From assembly GCF_006345805.1 (NCBI RefSeq), contig NC_043013.1, positions 43,710,001 to 43,774,000 on the forward strand: 64,000 bases of DNA, written 5' to 3'. The notes beneath the pieces are model-generated. The model saw nothing but the letters and a program-made list of their open reading frames with translations, made no database searches and was not told where the DNA came from. The translations under genes were made by a program, and so were the position numbers. The stretch comes from Octopus sinensis. Its lineage: Eukaryota. The stretch's first letter is position 1, and each line of letters begins with the position of its first letter. Positions 1-13,999 of this stretch are shown piece by piece.

Positions 1-414
1 CGCCCCAACTCTCTCTCTCTCTTCCTGTTTCTTGAGTAACGCTGCGATGAACTGGCGTCCCGTCCAGCTGGGGGGAACACATACGCCACAGAAACCGGGA
101 AACTGTGCCCAGGAGCCTGGCTAGGCTTGAAAAGGGGGCATAAATAAATAAATAAATAAAGAAAGAAATCCACATCATAAAGTCCATTAACAATTATTCA
201 TTGAAAGATATAACAGACTGGAAAAAAAACATTAAATATTTATTACCTTAATTGTATCAAAAATGCATATCGATTGTCTTTTTAATGGCAAAAACCTATA
301 TACATACATGTGTGTGTGTGTTGCATGTGTATATGCATCTTTCTCTTTATGCAGGTACATATATATGCATGTGTGTGTATGTATATATATATATATATAA
401 TATATAAATATATA

Positions 415-447
<33 letters not shown>

Positions 448-629
448 ATATTATATATATATATATATATATAAATATATATATATGTGTATGTGTAATA
501 TATATGCATATGAATATAATATATTATATATGCATTATATATATATATTGTTTCTATACACACACAAATATATGCACACACATACAAGTATAGACATATA
601 TATTATATATATATATGTATGTGCATATG

Positions 630-667
<38 letters not shown>

Positions 668-1070
668 CGTGTTTATACATATATATATATGTTTGTATAT
701 ATATGTATATATGTATATCTATATAGCTCTATCTATCTATCTATCTATCTATCTATATATATATATATATATATATATATCCTTTAAGTTCGTTTGCGGG
801 TAATATTTTGAATATGCATGTATTCTATTATGCTAGCTACAGCCTAAAGTTGTGCCAACTGGCAATACCAGTTTTTTGGGGTCACACTCAGTTGTATCGA
901 TATAATGTAGAATAAACATAATAATAATAATAATAATAATCCATTGGTGTAATTTATGAGTATTTTGAACATGTGATTTGTCGAAATGCATTTAAAGATA
1001 CATTAAAATATTTATCAATTCCATATATGGATTATTATAATTATTACTATACACACACATACACATATAT

Positions 1071-1117
<47 letters not shown>

Positions 1118-1396
1118 CATATATACATACATATATGCATATATATGGTATATGTGTGTATATATGTGCATATATATTGTATATATATATATATATAATA
1201 TATATATATATATTAATATATATATATAATATATATACATGTAATATATACATATATTCTATTACATGTGTGTGTGTGTATATATATATATAATATATAT
1301 ATATGTATGTAATATATCATCATCATCATCGTTTAATGCCTGTTTTCCATGCTGGCATGGGTTGTGATATATTAAAAGCGGGTAAGGCCGGTTTAT

Positions 1397-1457
1397 GGGA
1401 TTACCCTGGGTTTCCCGTCCATAAAGGATTTAGCTTCATGGCATATCATCAGACCCC
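1397..1457 (-). ncRNA. Type I hammerhead-like motif
   Basis: ggggt-CTGATGA-[ccatgaag...ctttatgg stem II]-GAAAC-ccagg-GTA-atccc. Confidence 0.65.
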
Positions 1458-1921
1458 AAAAACCTGTTGGCCAGGCTGAGTAATCCCATCAACCAGCCTT
1501 TACCACTTTTAATATATACTGCTCTACATCTTAGAGTGTGCTTCTTCTCCAGATTTATGTCTTCTACACACAATATATACATTTGTGTGTATATATATAT
1601 ATATATATGGACTCTCCTGTCATGAGACAACATATGAGGGTTCTGCAATTTTTTGCTGCACAACAGATAATTTGTTTATAGTGATCAAATGGTAGCATTC
1701 ATTTAAACTTGCTCACTCCATCATATTATCAACATTACCTGTACAGGTGCACAACGTACCACATGGCAGATGGCAAAATGATCACAGAGCAACATGAAGT
1801 AGAGTGTTTTGCTTAAGAACACAATGCAACACTTGGTCAGGGTATGGAAACCGCAATCTCACAATCATGTGTGCAACACACTAATCATTAAGCCATGCAC
1901 ATTCACACACACATACACACA

Positions 1922-1965
<44 letters not shown>

Positions 1966-2631
1966 TGTATATATACATTGAAGTCTATCTGCAAATTTTC
2001 TATAGAATTCAGAGCCAGCATAGTATTCATGGATAGTTAACAGGTTGGATGTGGTGCTAAAGAAAGAGCAATAACTCCTGAGATATGCATATACACCCAT
2101 TATACCCTATTTTTCTATTTTCAATCACATACCTAATATTTAAAAATATAATGAAATTATTGTATACAGTGCTCAGGTGCACCACAACTTGTCAAAAGTG
2201 CATATAAAGCATATGCAGTCATGTACAAATGTCTGGGAAGTGAACAGTGTATGAGTCAGATACATGTTTGCGTGTGTATGGAGGGGAGAAAATCAGGTGT
2301 AGTGTTGGCGAATCTCAGGAAGCATGGAAGTTTTGAAGGATGCAGTGCTCTGACAACTAACAACTGATGCCAGCAGTCTGTTCCAAGCTTCAACAACTCT
2401 TAGCGTGAAAAAATATTTCCAAAAGTCATGGGAGCTGTGCTGTTTTCTGATTTTGTAAACATGTCCACGGGTGTTAAACAGGTGGAGTTTGAAAAGGTGC
2501 TCGGGGGAATTGATTTCCTTAAAATAATAGGTTTGTATATAAATTGTAGTTTATATTAATGCAAAGAAAAAAGAAGAAAATGAAGATTTTGAAGTTGATG
2601 AGAGTTTGTTATCAGCAATAAATTGATCATA

Positions 2632-2716
2632 TTCCGTTACAGCTGTTTCAGTTATATGCAGTGAAGTTAATTAAATATTAAATTCATATTGCTGAGCATA
2701 ATCTCTTCAGAGGGAA
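2632..2716 (-). ncRNA. Type I hammerhead-like motif with long stem-loop II
   Basis: ttccct-CTGAAGA-gattatgc...gcatataact-GAAAC-agct-GTA-acggaa. Palindromic AGCT in helix III. Confidence 0.6.
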
Positions 2717-5152
2717 AAAATATACCCCTAGATGTTATGTATGTTTGTTTGTAAGTTCATCACAGCAGACTGAATGATACTATTTAGGGTTTGTATTTAT
2801 ATGTATTTGGGCAAGGGGTTTGCAGGTTAGTTGGGGATAAGATAGGTTAGGTAAACAGAATTAGAGTAATAAATGAATAAATAGAGATTATAGAGTAAAT
2901 TGCAATATAAAGTACAATATAAATAAGGTAAAGAAATAAAGTACCCTTGTAAGTTGTGTGTAAAGTTGAGATAGTTTGTGTATATATATGTATATAAATA
3001 ATATATAAATGTATGCATATATACATACATACATACATGTACACACCTACATATATATGTATATATACATGCATATAGGGGTACAGGACATCAAAAAAAC
3101 GTTGAACACAATGAGAAATGAAAACAAAAACAAAAAACATAGAAACAAACTTTTTTTCAAACAGCGAAAAAAAACAGAGAAACGAGGCATACAACATAAG
3201 GAATATTCCCCTTCTTCAGTTGTCCCTGTTTCATCTACTCCACGTTTTGAAGGTAAGGACAAGACGTGACTTCGTTGAAACAGTCCTTCTCGCAAAGCAA
3301 ATTAAATAAAATTTGGGATTTTTTGCGGAGGGTGAAAGTGGTAACAAGAACAGGACAGTGAGAACAAAACAGAAAAAACAATAAAAATGTAAAAACAGTA
3401 AAAGACAGAACAATGATATATATATATATAATACAAAGTAAGATAGGGGTTATGAATGTAACCCACTATGGGATATCAGTTATCCAATATACCGTTGGTA
3501 AAGTACCCAAATTCTTAATACATAAATGTTTTTAATTGCAATGCAATTAATTCATTTATTGTATTAAATAGGTGAAGGTAAAAAATATTTTTACCGTAAA
3601 TTCATAATACAAATAAGAAAATGGAGAAACAAATTCATCTCGTTCATCAACTTACGGATATTACAATATTACATTGTTTATTAATTATACAAATGAGAAC
3701 ATCAAAATCAAACATAACATTATATAAACCAATAGGTAATATAATAATAAAAATAATACAAATACATATTTTAATAGTCATATTATAAATTACTGAAATT
3801 CATAAACTACTCCTTACAGCTGTTTCAGACACAGATATACGTACACACAGTCATACATTCACATTTATTTGCATACATTTACACACACATACACACACAC
3901 ACACACACATGTATATGATAAACCTCTCCAATCGAAGACAATATAATTCAGCTTTTGGTGAATTACCTGCACAAGTGGTTTGTTTCTAACAATCAAATGT
4001 ATGAGGTCACTCCTTTTATCAGATCGGCTTTACCTGAATAGGTGCACAGGTGTCAGGTGTCAAAGTGATTGCAGGGCAACGGAAACTGAAAGCAGCCTGT
4101 CGTATATATGTATATATATATGTGTGTGTGTGTGTATACATTTGTGTGTCTGTGTTTGTCCTCCCACAATCGCTTGACAACCGATGCTGGTGTGTTTATG
4201 TCCCCGTAACTTAGTGGTTCGGCAAAAGAGAATGATAGAATAAGTACTAGGCTTATAAAGAATAAGTCCTGGGGTTGATTTGCTTGACTAAAGGCGGTGC
4301 TCCAGCATGGCCACAGTCAAATGACTGAAACAAGTAAAAGAATGTATATATGTATGTATGCCAGCGTAGACAACAGATGTTAAGTGATGATGATATGATG
4401 ATAGCGGTTCGGCAAAAGAGACCGATAGAATAAGTACTGGGCTTACAAAGAATAAGTCCAGGGGTCGATTTGCTCGACTAAAGGCGGTGCTCCAGCATGG
4501 CCGCAGTCAAATGACTGAAACAAGTAAAAGAGTAAAAAGAGAGTAAAGAGTAGGCACATACATTCACACACGCATATACACAAGGTGCCATGCAGTGGGA
4601 CTGAACCCAGAACCATGTGGTCGGTAAGCAAGCTACTTACCACACAGCCACTCCTACGACTATGTATATGTATATATCTTGCATATAATAAAATGCAATA
4701 TGTGTCCTGTCAGTCATGCTTGCAGGGAAAGACGTGTCAAACAACAAATAGACTGGGAGTAAGTGAAAGTCAGAGCCAGTGAAGCATGCAAACAGCCTTC
4801 AAGGATTTTGCTCTGAACAATGCTGATGTTTTTACTCAAAATAAAACTGCGAATTTTTATTGTAAATTGTATTTACTTTATCAATTTCATGCACACATTC
4901 ATACAAGCTGACACACAAGTAAATATCTATATGAGATTAAATATTAAACACTTGTTTTCAAAATTTTATCATTCACTTGGCATATATGTAGATGTTATAC
5001 GAATGACAATATATGCACACACACACACACACACACACACAAACTCTTTCATCTTATTCTTTCATTTTGGTCCATTTTTCCATGCTTTCCCTTTCCAACT
5101 AATGGATAATATAGTTTATTGATTTCGTCAATCTAAAAAATGTAAACAAATA

Positions 5153-5565
5153 TACGCAGGAGTGGCTGTGTGGTAAGTAGCTTGCTTACCAACCACATGG
5201 TTCCGGGTTCAGTCCCACTGCGTGGCATCTTGGGCAAGTGTCTTCTGCTATAGCCCCGGGCCGACCAAAGCCTTGTGAGTGGATTTGGTAGACGGAAACT
5301 GAAAGAAGCCTGTCGTATATATGTATATATATATGTGTGTGTGTATGTTTGTGTGTCTGTATTTGTCCCCCTAGCATTGCTTGACAACCGATGCTGGTGT
5401 GTTTATGTCCCCATTACTTAGCGGATCGGCAAAAGAGACCGATAGAATAAGTACTGGGCTTACAAAGAATAAGTCCTGGGGTCGATTTGCTCGACTAAAG
5501 GCGGTGCTCCAGCATAGCCACAGTCAAATGACTGAAACAAGTAAAAGAGTAAAGAGTAAAGAGAG
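5153..5565 (+). mobile_element. tRNA-derived CORE-like SINE, family A (representative; about 20 copies or fragments in the window)
   Basis: A box TGGCTGTGTGG, B-box-like GGTTCAGTCC, GGCACCTTGGGCAAGTG core, internal TA/TG microsatellite, (GTAAAAGA)n tail. Other copies e.g. 6417-6838+, 31070-31487+, 33595-33950-, 35385-35980-, 36607-36985-, 55195-55523-, 56655-57030+, 58988-59320-, 60590-61008-. Confidence 0.9.
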
Positions 5566-7216
5566 GCACATACATTCACACACGCATATATACATATGAA
5601 TATGTATGCACATCCATAGGTGTACATAAATATGTAACGCCAATATATTAGTACACACACACACACACACACACACACATTATGTGGATGATATTTTCAT
5701 TCAAGACAGTACAACCATATCTGATTCTTCAAGTGTTTCAATTCTGTGTATGTACATTTATTTACTAGATTGCTGACATTTGGCACTGGTTTCTCCCATT
5801 GTGTTAAGTACCATTGTCCATCATTACTAAAACTATTAGCACTTTTGATGACACAGGTATACTAGTATATATACGTGCGTATCTGTGTAAATGTATATCT
5901 ATGTATATATGAACATATATAGATAGATATATGCATGTATGTATGTATGTGTATGCGTGTATCCGATGCCAGCACCGCCTTGACCGGCTTCTGTGCCTGT
6001 GGCACATAAAAAGCACCCACTACACTCACGGAGTGGTTGGCGTTAGGAAGAGCATCAAGCTGTAGAAACACTGCCAGATCAGGCTGGAGCCTGGTGCAGC
6101 CTCCTGACTTCCCAGACCCCGGTCAAATTGTCCAACCTGTGCTAGCATGGAAAACGGATGTTAAACGGTGATGATGATGATGATGATATATATATATATA
6201 TATACATATATATACATATGTATACAGCTAATATGTATAGACTTAGCTGTGTGATAAGAAGTTTGCTTCCTAACCTCATGGTGCTATGTTCGGTCCCACT
6301 GTGTGACACCTTGGACACATGCCTTTTAGTACAGCCTTAGGCCAACCAAAGCCTTGTGAGTGGATTTGGCAGACCATAAATGAAAAGTCCATCGTGTGTG
6401 TGTATATATATATATATAGGCGCAGGAGTGGCTGTATGATAAGTAGCTTGCTTATGAGCCACATGGTTCCGGGTTCAGTCCCAATGCGTGGCACCTGGGA
6501 CAAGTGTCTTCTACTATAGCCACGGGCTGACCGGAGCCTTGTGAGTGGATTTGGTAGACAGAAACTGAAAGAAGTCTGTCGTATATATGTATATATATAT
6601 ATTTGTATGTGTGTGTATATGTTTGTGTGTCTGTGTTCTTTCCCCCAACATCACTTGACAACCGATGCTGGTGTGTTTACGTCCCCGTAACTTAGCAGTT
6701 CAGCAAAAGAGACTGATAGAATAAGTACTAGGCTTACAAAGTATAAGTCCTGGGATCGATTTGCTCGACTAAAGGCGGTGCTCCAGCAGAGCCACAGTCA
6801 AATGACTGAAACAAGTAAAAGAGTAAAAGAGTAAAGAGTGTGTGTGTATGTATGTAGTATGTATGTGTGTGTGTCTGAGAATGTCTCCCCTCAGCCATTT
6901 TGACTACTGGTGTAGGTATGTTTACATTCCCTGTAACTTAGCAGTTTGGCAAAAGAGACCAATAGCATTAGTGTCAGATTAAGAAAGTTAAGTACTGGAT
7001 TTGATATTAGAATTAGAATTAGAATTCTTCAAGGTAGTGCCTCAGCATGGCTGCAGGCTAAATGATTTAAACAAGTAAAAGACAGTTTGCTTCTGAACCA
7101 CATGATTCCAGGTTCAGTCCCACTAGATGGTACCTTGGGCAAGTGTCTTCGACAATAGCCTTGGGCCGACCAAAGCCTTGTGAACAGATTTGGTAAAGTG
7201 AAACTGAATGCAGTCC

Positions 7217-7259
<43 letters not shown>

Positions 7260-7267
7260 TTGTGTGT

Positions 7268-7310
<43 letters not shown>

Positions 7311-8424
7311 ATGTGTGTGTGTCTTTGTGTTTGTCTGACCCACTGCTTGACAACTGGTGCTAGTCAGCTTACATCCCCATAACTTAGCAGTTCAACAAAA
7401 GAGACCACTAAAATAAATAACAGACTTTAAAAAAAATTAATAAATACTGGCTTGATATATTTGACTAAAAATTTTTCAAGGCAATGCTCCAGCATGGCTG
7501 CAGTTTACTGACTGAAACAAGTGAAAGATATGATAAAAGACAAAAGTCAACTTTACCCCCTCCCCTCAAAAATTACCGGCTTTCAATCTTGCAATGGACT
7601 GATATCCTGTTCAGTGGGATGTTGTGATTTTCATTACTTATACCTATTTCTTTACTGCCCACAAGGGGCTAAACATAGAGGGGACAAACAAGGAGAGACA
7701 AACGGATTAAGTCGATTATATCAACTCCAGTGCGTAACTGGTACTTTATTTATCGACCCCGAAAGGATGAAAGGCAAAGTCGACCTCGGCGGAATTTGAA
7801 CTCACAACGTAACGGCAGAGGAAATACGGCTACGCATTTCGCCCGGCGCGCTAATGTTTCTGCCAGCATGGAAACAAGGTATCAAACCTTATAAATCTTG
7901 GGGTTCAAGAAAAATATAAAAAATATAGAAACACTCCATTAGGATTGTATGTAGACTGCAGCTGAAGTGATATCCAATGTGTTCTTCGCTTTATAAGACT
8001 GCAGAGTAGAGTTTGGGGAAAATTTGTTTTGCCATTTCTAGCAGGTCAAGTAGAGCCTCCCTTGTTGGGTTGTGTAAATATATTTAACTCCACTTGTTTC
8101 AGGTTACCTTACTGAGGTAAGGAAGGTGGTCTGTTAGGTAAAAATAGACAAGTGTCCTATATAAACACAACAGACTTTGGAGTTTAAAATACTGATATTA
8201 TAAACATTGTCTATAGAAAGTATTTACTTTATCTATATATAAATCTGTGTGTATATAGGATTAGGTGTGTGAGAATACATATGTGTATAATAGATAGATG
8301 GATGGATAAATAGATAGATAGATAGATAGATAGATGGATAGATAGATAGATAGATAGATAGATAAATACATACATACATATGTATATATATATAAATGCA
8401 CATGTGTATATGTATTTATATATA

Positions 8425-8458
<34 letters not shown>

Positions 8459-8542
8459 TTTTCTATTCCTGAGCGTTATACTAATACATCTGTTTGTTTT
8501 GTACACCACCTGTCTTCGTCTTTTGTTTTTTTCGTAAACTCT

Positions 8543-8580
<38 letters not shown>

Positions 8581-8961
8581 TAAATTGTTTATACACTACA
8601 CACACACACACACACACATGTGTGTGCAAAAAAGCCAAATTTATTGCAGTTACCACAGAGAAAATATTTCTCTTATGGTTAAAAGGTGTAAAGATACCCT
8701 ATTTGTTCAGTGTTGCTGTCTATCAGGACTCCCAGACATCAATGTTTCAAGCTAGTTGGCTTTTATCAATGGGAAGTACCTATGAGAGACAACTCTGAAC
8801 AAATCTTATAAAGCAATAGCTTTATGTAACATACAGTCAACAATGTTGACTGATTTGCACTGATAGATCACCTGACTGTGAAAAATAACAAAATATTAGC
8901 ACCAAGTAGCATTCAGGCATAAGCAAAATTTACATTAGATAAAATATGTTTGTGACATTTG

Positions 8962-9105
<144 letters not shown>

Positions 9106-9180
9106 GGGAATATTATTCCAAATTTGCAGGGAAAAATTAAATTTAGAAATACTAAATCAAATTTCACAAAATATAATATA

Positions 9181-9829
9181 TATATATAAATTAGAAAAAA
9201 ACCCACCTTTTATCAATTCAACAATGAAAAAATTAAATTATACCATATAGAGAAAAATTACATCCTATAGAAAAAAAATTAAATATAAGATAAAAACATA
9301 TACCAATGATTAAGCAATGTACAAACTAATAAATAAAATGTATGTATTTGGTATATAATTCGCATCATCAGTTTGGAACCCCTATCTTGCTCAGAACATT
9401 GACCTCCTGGAATCTGTCCAGAGACGTGCACCAAACGCATACCCTCCATCAGACACCTACCATACTCTGAGCGCCTTGTTTCCCTGGACATGGATTCACT
9501 GAAGCTCCGGCGTCTGGCGACAGACTTGGTAAAACACCCAAAGTTATCAACCACCTCACCAACAACAACTGAACACCTTTTTGATCTCCATGTGTCTAAC
9601 ACACGTGGACATGCCTACAAAGTCAGAAAACAACACAGCTCCCATGACTTTCGAAAACATTTTTTCCCGCTCAGAGTTGCTGAAGCATGGAATAAACTGC
9701 CTGCGTCAGTTGTTGACTGCCATGACACTGCATCCTTTAAGGCCCTCATGCTTTCCGAAATCCGCCGAAACCACACCTGATTATATATACACTTTAGATG
9801 AGTTGTAGTGCACCTGAGCACTGTACACA

Positions 9830-9924
<95 letters not shown>

Positions 9925-10083
9925 ACCAAATATATACATTTTATTTATTAGTTTGTACATTGCTTAATCATTGGTATATGTTTTTATCTTATATTTAATT
10001 TTTTTCTATAGGATGTAATTTTTTTCTATATGGTATAATTTAATTTTTTCATTGTTGAATTGATAAAAGGTGGTTTTTTTCTA

Positions 10084-10092
<9 letters not shown>
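9181..10092. repeat. ~175-bp inverted repeat pair (9181-9355 / 9921-10092)
   Basis: Arms are near-perfect reverse complements and enclose the LINE fragment. Confidence 0.9.
9357..9830 (+). mobile_element. 3' fragment of a CR1/Jockey-group LINE with (TTA)n tail
   Basis: ASSVWNPYL..NIDLLESVQRRATK...YSERL..L...LKLRRL..DL...NTRGH.YK...RKHFF..RV..AWNKLP. A second copy lies at ~2160-2500 on the minus strand. Confidence 0.85.
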
Positions 10093-10114
<22 letters not shown>

Positions 10115-12030
10115 AATTTCACTGGTCCCACTCCTGAACTATATGGTCGTTACATTGACGACATTATCGGTGCCACCTCACTCTCCCGTGAACATCTAGA
10201 TTCCTTCCTCTCTTTCGTCCAATCTTTCCATCCAGCCCTCCACTTCACTTCCTCTATCTCCAACACCTCTGTCTCCTTCCTCGACATTTCGGTTAGCATT
10301 CTTCACTCCACTCTTACCACCTCCATTCACTACAAACACACAGACTCACACTCATACCTCAACTTCTCTTCCTCCCACCCAGAACACACCAAGCTTTCCA
10401 TCCCCTATTCCCAATTCCTCCTCTCTACGTAGGCTCTGTAGTGACGACCATGACTTTGAGACTCAGTCTCAACGTATGGCTCACCACTTCACCCTACGTG
10501 GATACCCCCTCACCACTATCCACACCGCCCTTGCCAGAGCACGGTCCGTGGACCGTGTATCTGCTCTCTCTCCCCGAACCCGCCCTGTAGTCTCTCCCGC
10601 CTCCCTTTTCCCCTCACTTACCACCCCACGACCCTACGTCTCCAACGCACCATTCTTTGAGCTTTCCGTCATCTCCAGTCCGACCCGTCCACTTCACACC
10701 TCTTCCCTAACCGACCCCTCCCCTCTTTCAAACGAGCCCACAACCTTCGAGACCTTTTGGTCCATAGCTCCTTCCCTGACCCTACCTCCCAACCCGCTCG
10801 TTCCCCTGCTCCCACCCACGTTGCCGCACTTGCCCTTACCTCAACAACCACCCTCCTCACTAGCACCCACCATCGACCCTATCCCATCATCCACTCCTTC
10901 ACCTGCACCTCCAGCAATATTATCTATTGCGTCTCTTCTCTCTCTCTGCCATTCCTTGTACATCGGACAAACGGGATGCCGCTTGGCTGACCGGTTGCGC
11001 GAACACCTTCGTGACATCCACCTTGCGAACGACACAACCGGTCTCACACCATTTTCGCTCCACCGGTACTCCTTGCAACACCTATCTGTGTTCGGTTTGT
11101 CCTTACACAGAGGCCATCCGGATTCCCGTTTGCGCCGTGAACAGGAATTAATCTTCTCTCTTCGCTCTTATACGCCATTTGGTCTCAACTCTCCCCCCCT
11201 CCTCATCTAACCCCCCTCTCTCCCCTCCTCACCTATCCTTCCCCCCCCGACCCCTACTTCTTCAGTCCTTCATCCTTTCACCCCTACTCCCCTTCCCTTC
11301 TTCCCTCTTTCTCCCTCCCTCCTTCCCTCTTCCCCTTCCCTCTGCTCCCTCACTCCCCTTCTCTCTCCCTCTTTCCTCCCCCCTCCTCCCTCCCTCCTCC
11401 CCCCTCCTCTCCTCTTCCCCTCCCCCTCTTCTCCCCCTCCCCCTCTTCTCCTCACTACACCACACGACTTTACACATCACATCATATATGATGTGCCATA
11501 CTAATACATACACCAACCCTATACATACTCACGTCCAGATCCCTCATACGCACTTATACTCTCTCATACACACACACTTATACATACTAATACGTACTAA
11601 TACATACTAATACATACACCAACCCCATACATACGCACGTCCAGACCTATCCTACGCACTAATACTCTCTCATACACACACACACACCCTTATACATACT
11701 AATACATACACCAACCCTATACATACGCACTAATAGCTAGTCATTCAACCCTATTATCTCCCCTTATTTCGCTCTCGCGTCTCATGTTTGATCTTTGACC
11801 TCTGGCCGAAATCAGATCGCCATGTTGATTCGTTAGTTACTGCACGCATTTTTTTTCTCTCCTTCTTTCTGTGTTTTTTTTCTCTCTGTGTATCTTTCTG
11901 TTGAAGATCATAGGCTCGAAACGTTAAAGACTTGTTTTATTTATATTTCCTGAGCGCCATACTAACACAATTGTTTGTTTGTTTTCCACCTGCCTTCGTC
12001 TTTTGTCTATTTTCATAAAGCTTCCCGTTA
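10115..12030 (+). mobile_element. 5'-truncated Penelope-like retroelement (RT + C-terminal GIY-YIG, frameshifted)
   Basis: YGRYIDDIIG...FLDISV...HYKHTDSHSYLNFSSSHP RT from 10142. FTCTSSNIIYC / YIGQTG.RL..R..EH / REQELI...P.GLN GIY-YIG motifs. 3' region has a minimal hammerhead-like motif TTGAAGA..GAAACGTTA at ~11895-11930. Confidence 0.9.
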
Positions 12031-12288
12031 TATATATATATATCGCCATGTTGATTCGTTAGTTACTGCACGCATTTTTTTTCTCTCCTTTCTGTGTTTT
12101 TTTTCTCTCTGTGTATCTTTCTGTTGATAACTATTATTTTCCGGGAACGCTGCCGCTGTTCTCTTTTAGAGAGACTTAGTTATTTTAATATTTCTATTAT
12201 TGAAAACAAGTGGATGTATTCCACCGAAACTAGGTAAATAAAACCATCGAACAGAGATTGTCGGAAACGACACCTACTGGCTGGCTAC

Positions 12289-12330
12289 GCTGCATTGAAA
12301 AGGGGCAATACCCCGAAACGCGTCTGTAGC
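12289..12330 (+). ncRNA. Type I minimal hammerhead ribozyme, unit 1 (U3-A8 core variant)
   Basis: gctgca-TTGAAAA-gggg/caata/cccc-GAAAC-gc-GTC-tgtagc. Stems I and II pair fully. Confidence 0.7.
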
Positions 12331-12647
12331 TGCTGGTCAAGTAGTGTGGAGCGACTGACCTCCCTTGTTCGAAAGTTATATGGATACAGTTTGTGTATCA
12401 AATAGCTAACTTAAGGCGATGGCCTCATGGAGCTAATAAGCGGACAGGTTTTTTCTTATTTTTATAGAATGCCATTAGTATGGCGATAACTATTATTTTC
12501 CGGGAACGCTGCCGCTGTTCTCTTTTAGAGAGACTTAGTTATTTTAATATTTCTATTATTGAAAACAAGTGGATGTATTCCACCGAAACTAGGTAAATAA
12601 AACCATCGAACAGAGATTGTCGGAAACGACACCTACTGGCTGGCTAC

Positions 12648-12689
12648 GCTGCATTGAAAAGGGGCAATACCCCGAAACGCGTCTGTAGC
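12648..12689 (+). ncRNA. Type I minimal hammerhead ribozyme, unit 2
   Basis: Identical motif 359 nt downstream of the first. Confidence 0.7.
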
Positions 12690-12915
12690 TGCCGGTCAAG
12701 TAGTGTGGAGCGACTGACCTCCCTTGTTCGAAGGTTATATGGATACAGTTTGTGTATCAAATAGCTAACTTAAGGCGATGGCCTCATGGAGCTAATAAGC
12801 GGACAGGTTTTTTCTTATTTTTATAAGAATGCCATATTAGTATGGTGATAACTATTATTTTCCGGGAACGCTGCCGCTGTTCTCTTTTAGAGAGACTTAG
12901 TTATTTTAATATTTC

Positions 12916-12919
<4 letters not shown>

Positions 12920-12946
<27 letters not shown>

Positions 12947-13520
12947 GTAATATATATATATATATATAAATAAATATATATGGTAATATATATATATATA
13001 TAAAATATATGGTAATATATATATTTATATATATATAAATATATATGGTAATATATATATATATAAATATATATGGTAATATATATATTTATATATAGAT
13101 ATATATATATGGTAATATATATATTTATAATATATATATAAATATATATGGTAATAATATATTTATATATATATATAAATATATATGGTAATATTATATA
13201 TATATAAATATATATGGTAATATATATATTTATATATATATATAAATATATATATGGTATATATATATATATATAATATATATGGTAATATATATATTTA
13301 TATATATATATAAATATACATGGTAATATATAGATATATTAATAATATAATGGTATATCTTATATTTATATATAAATATATATGGTAATATATATATATA
13401 TATAAATATATATGGTAATATATATTTATATATATATATAAATATATATGGTAATATATATATTATATATATATATAAATATATATGGTAATATATAATA
13501 TAAATAATATATGGTAATAT
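12920..13520. repeat. Compound (TA)n satellite punctuated by GGTAA
   Basis: ATATATGGTAATATAT recurs about every 30 nt. Other large microsatellite fields lie at 300-780, 25120-26680, 51840-52072 and 61010-61195. Confidence 0.9.
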
Positions 13521-13999
13521 AAGGCAACCCACAACATGTGCTCTCTCTCTCTCTCTCTCATTCATACTACCTCATCTACCAGCTACAAAAATCCCGTGCA
13601 CAGATAAGTTTGAATGCCTATTTTCACTCCTAGACTGATCATACATGTTTCTCTATCTATCTAACTATTTTATCTGATTTCTATCTCTATTTGTCTGATT
13701 TGTTCATTTCTCTTCTCGTTATATGATCGACCTTCGTGTATCGCGGTGCACCCGCGCTGCCCACCCCCACCACCAATACCAATACCGGATATCTCTATTT
13801 TTGTCCATCTATACCGGATGTCGCTTCTCCCACCACCATTCTAGGTGTCTTCTCTTCGAACCCCCCTCTTCAATACGCTATCTTACCATGCATTACCCCT
13901 CTCTTGATATCCTACCTTCTACTTGCCTACAACCTGTCATCATTTCTCTGAACCACCCCCCCTACTGGTGCTCCCCTATAGCCTGCACCCCCCCCCCCA

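Larger units (their letters stand above)
12126..12919 (+). repeat. ~360-bp tandem repeat (2.2 units) carrying hammerhead motifs
   Basis: GATAACTATTATTTTCCGGGAACG recurs at 12126, 12485 and 12847. Units are nearly identical. Confidence 0.95.

Noticed and set aside
4443-7353. Recurrent ORFs such as [40 protein letters not shown]
   Set aside because: They are chance frames of the high-copy family A SINE, not a gene family.
282-8755. Many 60-130 aa ORFs rich in Y/I/C/V/H/T (also at 13230, 19672-20157, 24917-27412, 60906-61213)
   Set aside because: They are translations of (TA)n, (CA)n and (GATA)n microsatellites.
11179-11610. Pro/Ser/Leu-rich and Gly/Arg/Glu-rich ORFs
   Set aside because: They come from the polypyrimidine tract in the 3' UTR of the Penelope-like element.
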